This document shows positions 63,481-64,000 of a stretch of 64,000 nucleotides of DNA, one piece after another. Made by a program: the position numbers and the translations under genes. Source of the DNA: Macrostomum lignano. Taxonomy: Eukaryota. The stretch's first letter is position 1. Each line of letters starts with the position of its first letter. Under the pieces are notes generated by a model, which had not been told where the DNA came from, ran no database searches, and saw only the letters and a list, made by a program, of their open reading frames with translations. The stretch spans positions 180,791-244,790 of the forward strand of contig NIVC01001580.1 in the NCBI GenBank assembly GCA_002269645.1. Direction: 5' to 3'.

Positions 63481-64000
63481 CGTTATACGAGTAGTTAGAG
63501 AATGCAGAAACACTCACACAGGGTGCACCGCGACCTTGACTTTCATATTGTCAAGCTATTGTATACTCTCTGTGATACATGTATTAGGGTTGGCAAACAT
63601 GTACGTAAATCGCACAAGTCGCAACCAAAAATTTCCAGCTATACGCCGACAACTGTTCAATTTCACGTGCCATTCTGTGGATCTCCATTTGAGAGCATGT
63701 GAAATAGCTGCGTTAGTCTATAGTAATCTGCAGATCACCTAACCTAGATTTAGCCAGTTTCTGCTGTCTTTTTTTCAATACAGGTACATGTATTTTTATT
63801 CATCAACGTTATTATAGCTAATTTCAATTTTTGAGGGCCAGGAGCTCGAAAAAAAACTTGCTTATTTACTTTTACATGTAGAATGTGAGCGTCGCCTACT
63901 GCTGAGCAGCGGGCACCATTTATTTTAAATCATTCAGCGATTGGATGCACTTTAGACATGTACATGTACATCTGTTTAGGATTTATAATTTCTTTATTGA

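Overview
This is eukaryotic (metazoan) genomic DNA with GT-AG introns and many mini/microsatellites. The gene style suggests a soft-bodied invertebrate such as a flatworm, but that is inference only. Host genes: the 3' end of a gel-forming mucin-like gene (1-5630), a small secreted WSC+PAN gene, an orphan neprilysin-like last exon, two paralogous fibrinogen-related genes with an unrecognised duplicated N-terminal domain, and an LRRC45 orthologue. The main feature is a 26.2-kb Polinton/Maverick endogenous virus (13748-39926; about 16.5 kb once secondary insertions are removed). It has AGTAGT...ACTACT termini and 340-bp TIRs, and encodes pPolB, integrase, major and minor capsid proteins, an adenain-type protease and a truncated packaging ATPase. 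Unusually, it also encodes a compact TATA-binding-protein (TBP) homologue and a tandem PC4-like protein. The virus sits inside a decayed SAP-domain DIRS/Ngaro-like gag and is flanked by a 169-bp direct duplication instead of a 5-6 bp TSD. A 5'-truncated RNase-H LINE inserted into it with a 955-bp flanking duplication that copied the TBP gene. An intact-looking CACTA/EnSpm transposon then disrupted one TBP copy. All calls come from motif recognition by eye; no database searches were run. Several 1-bp frameshifts may be assembly errors.
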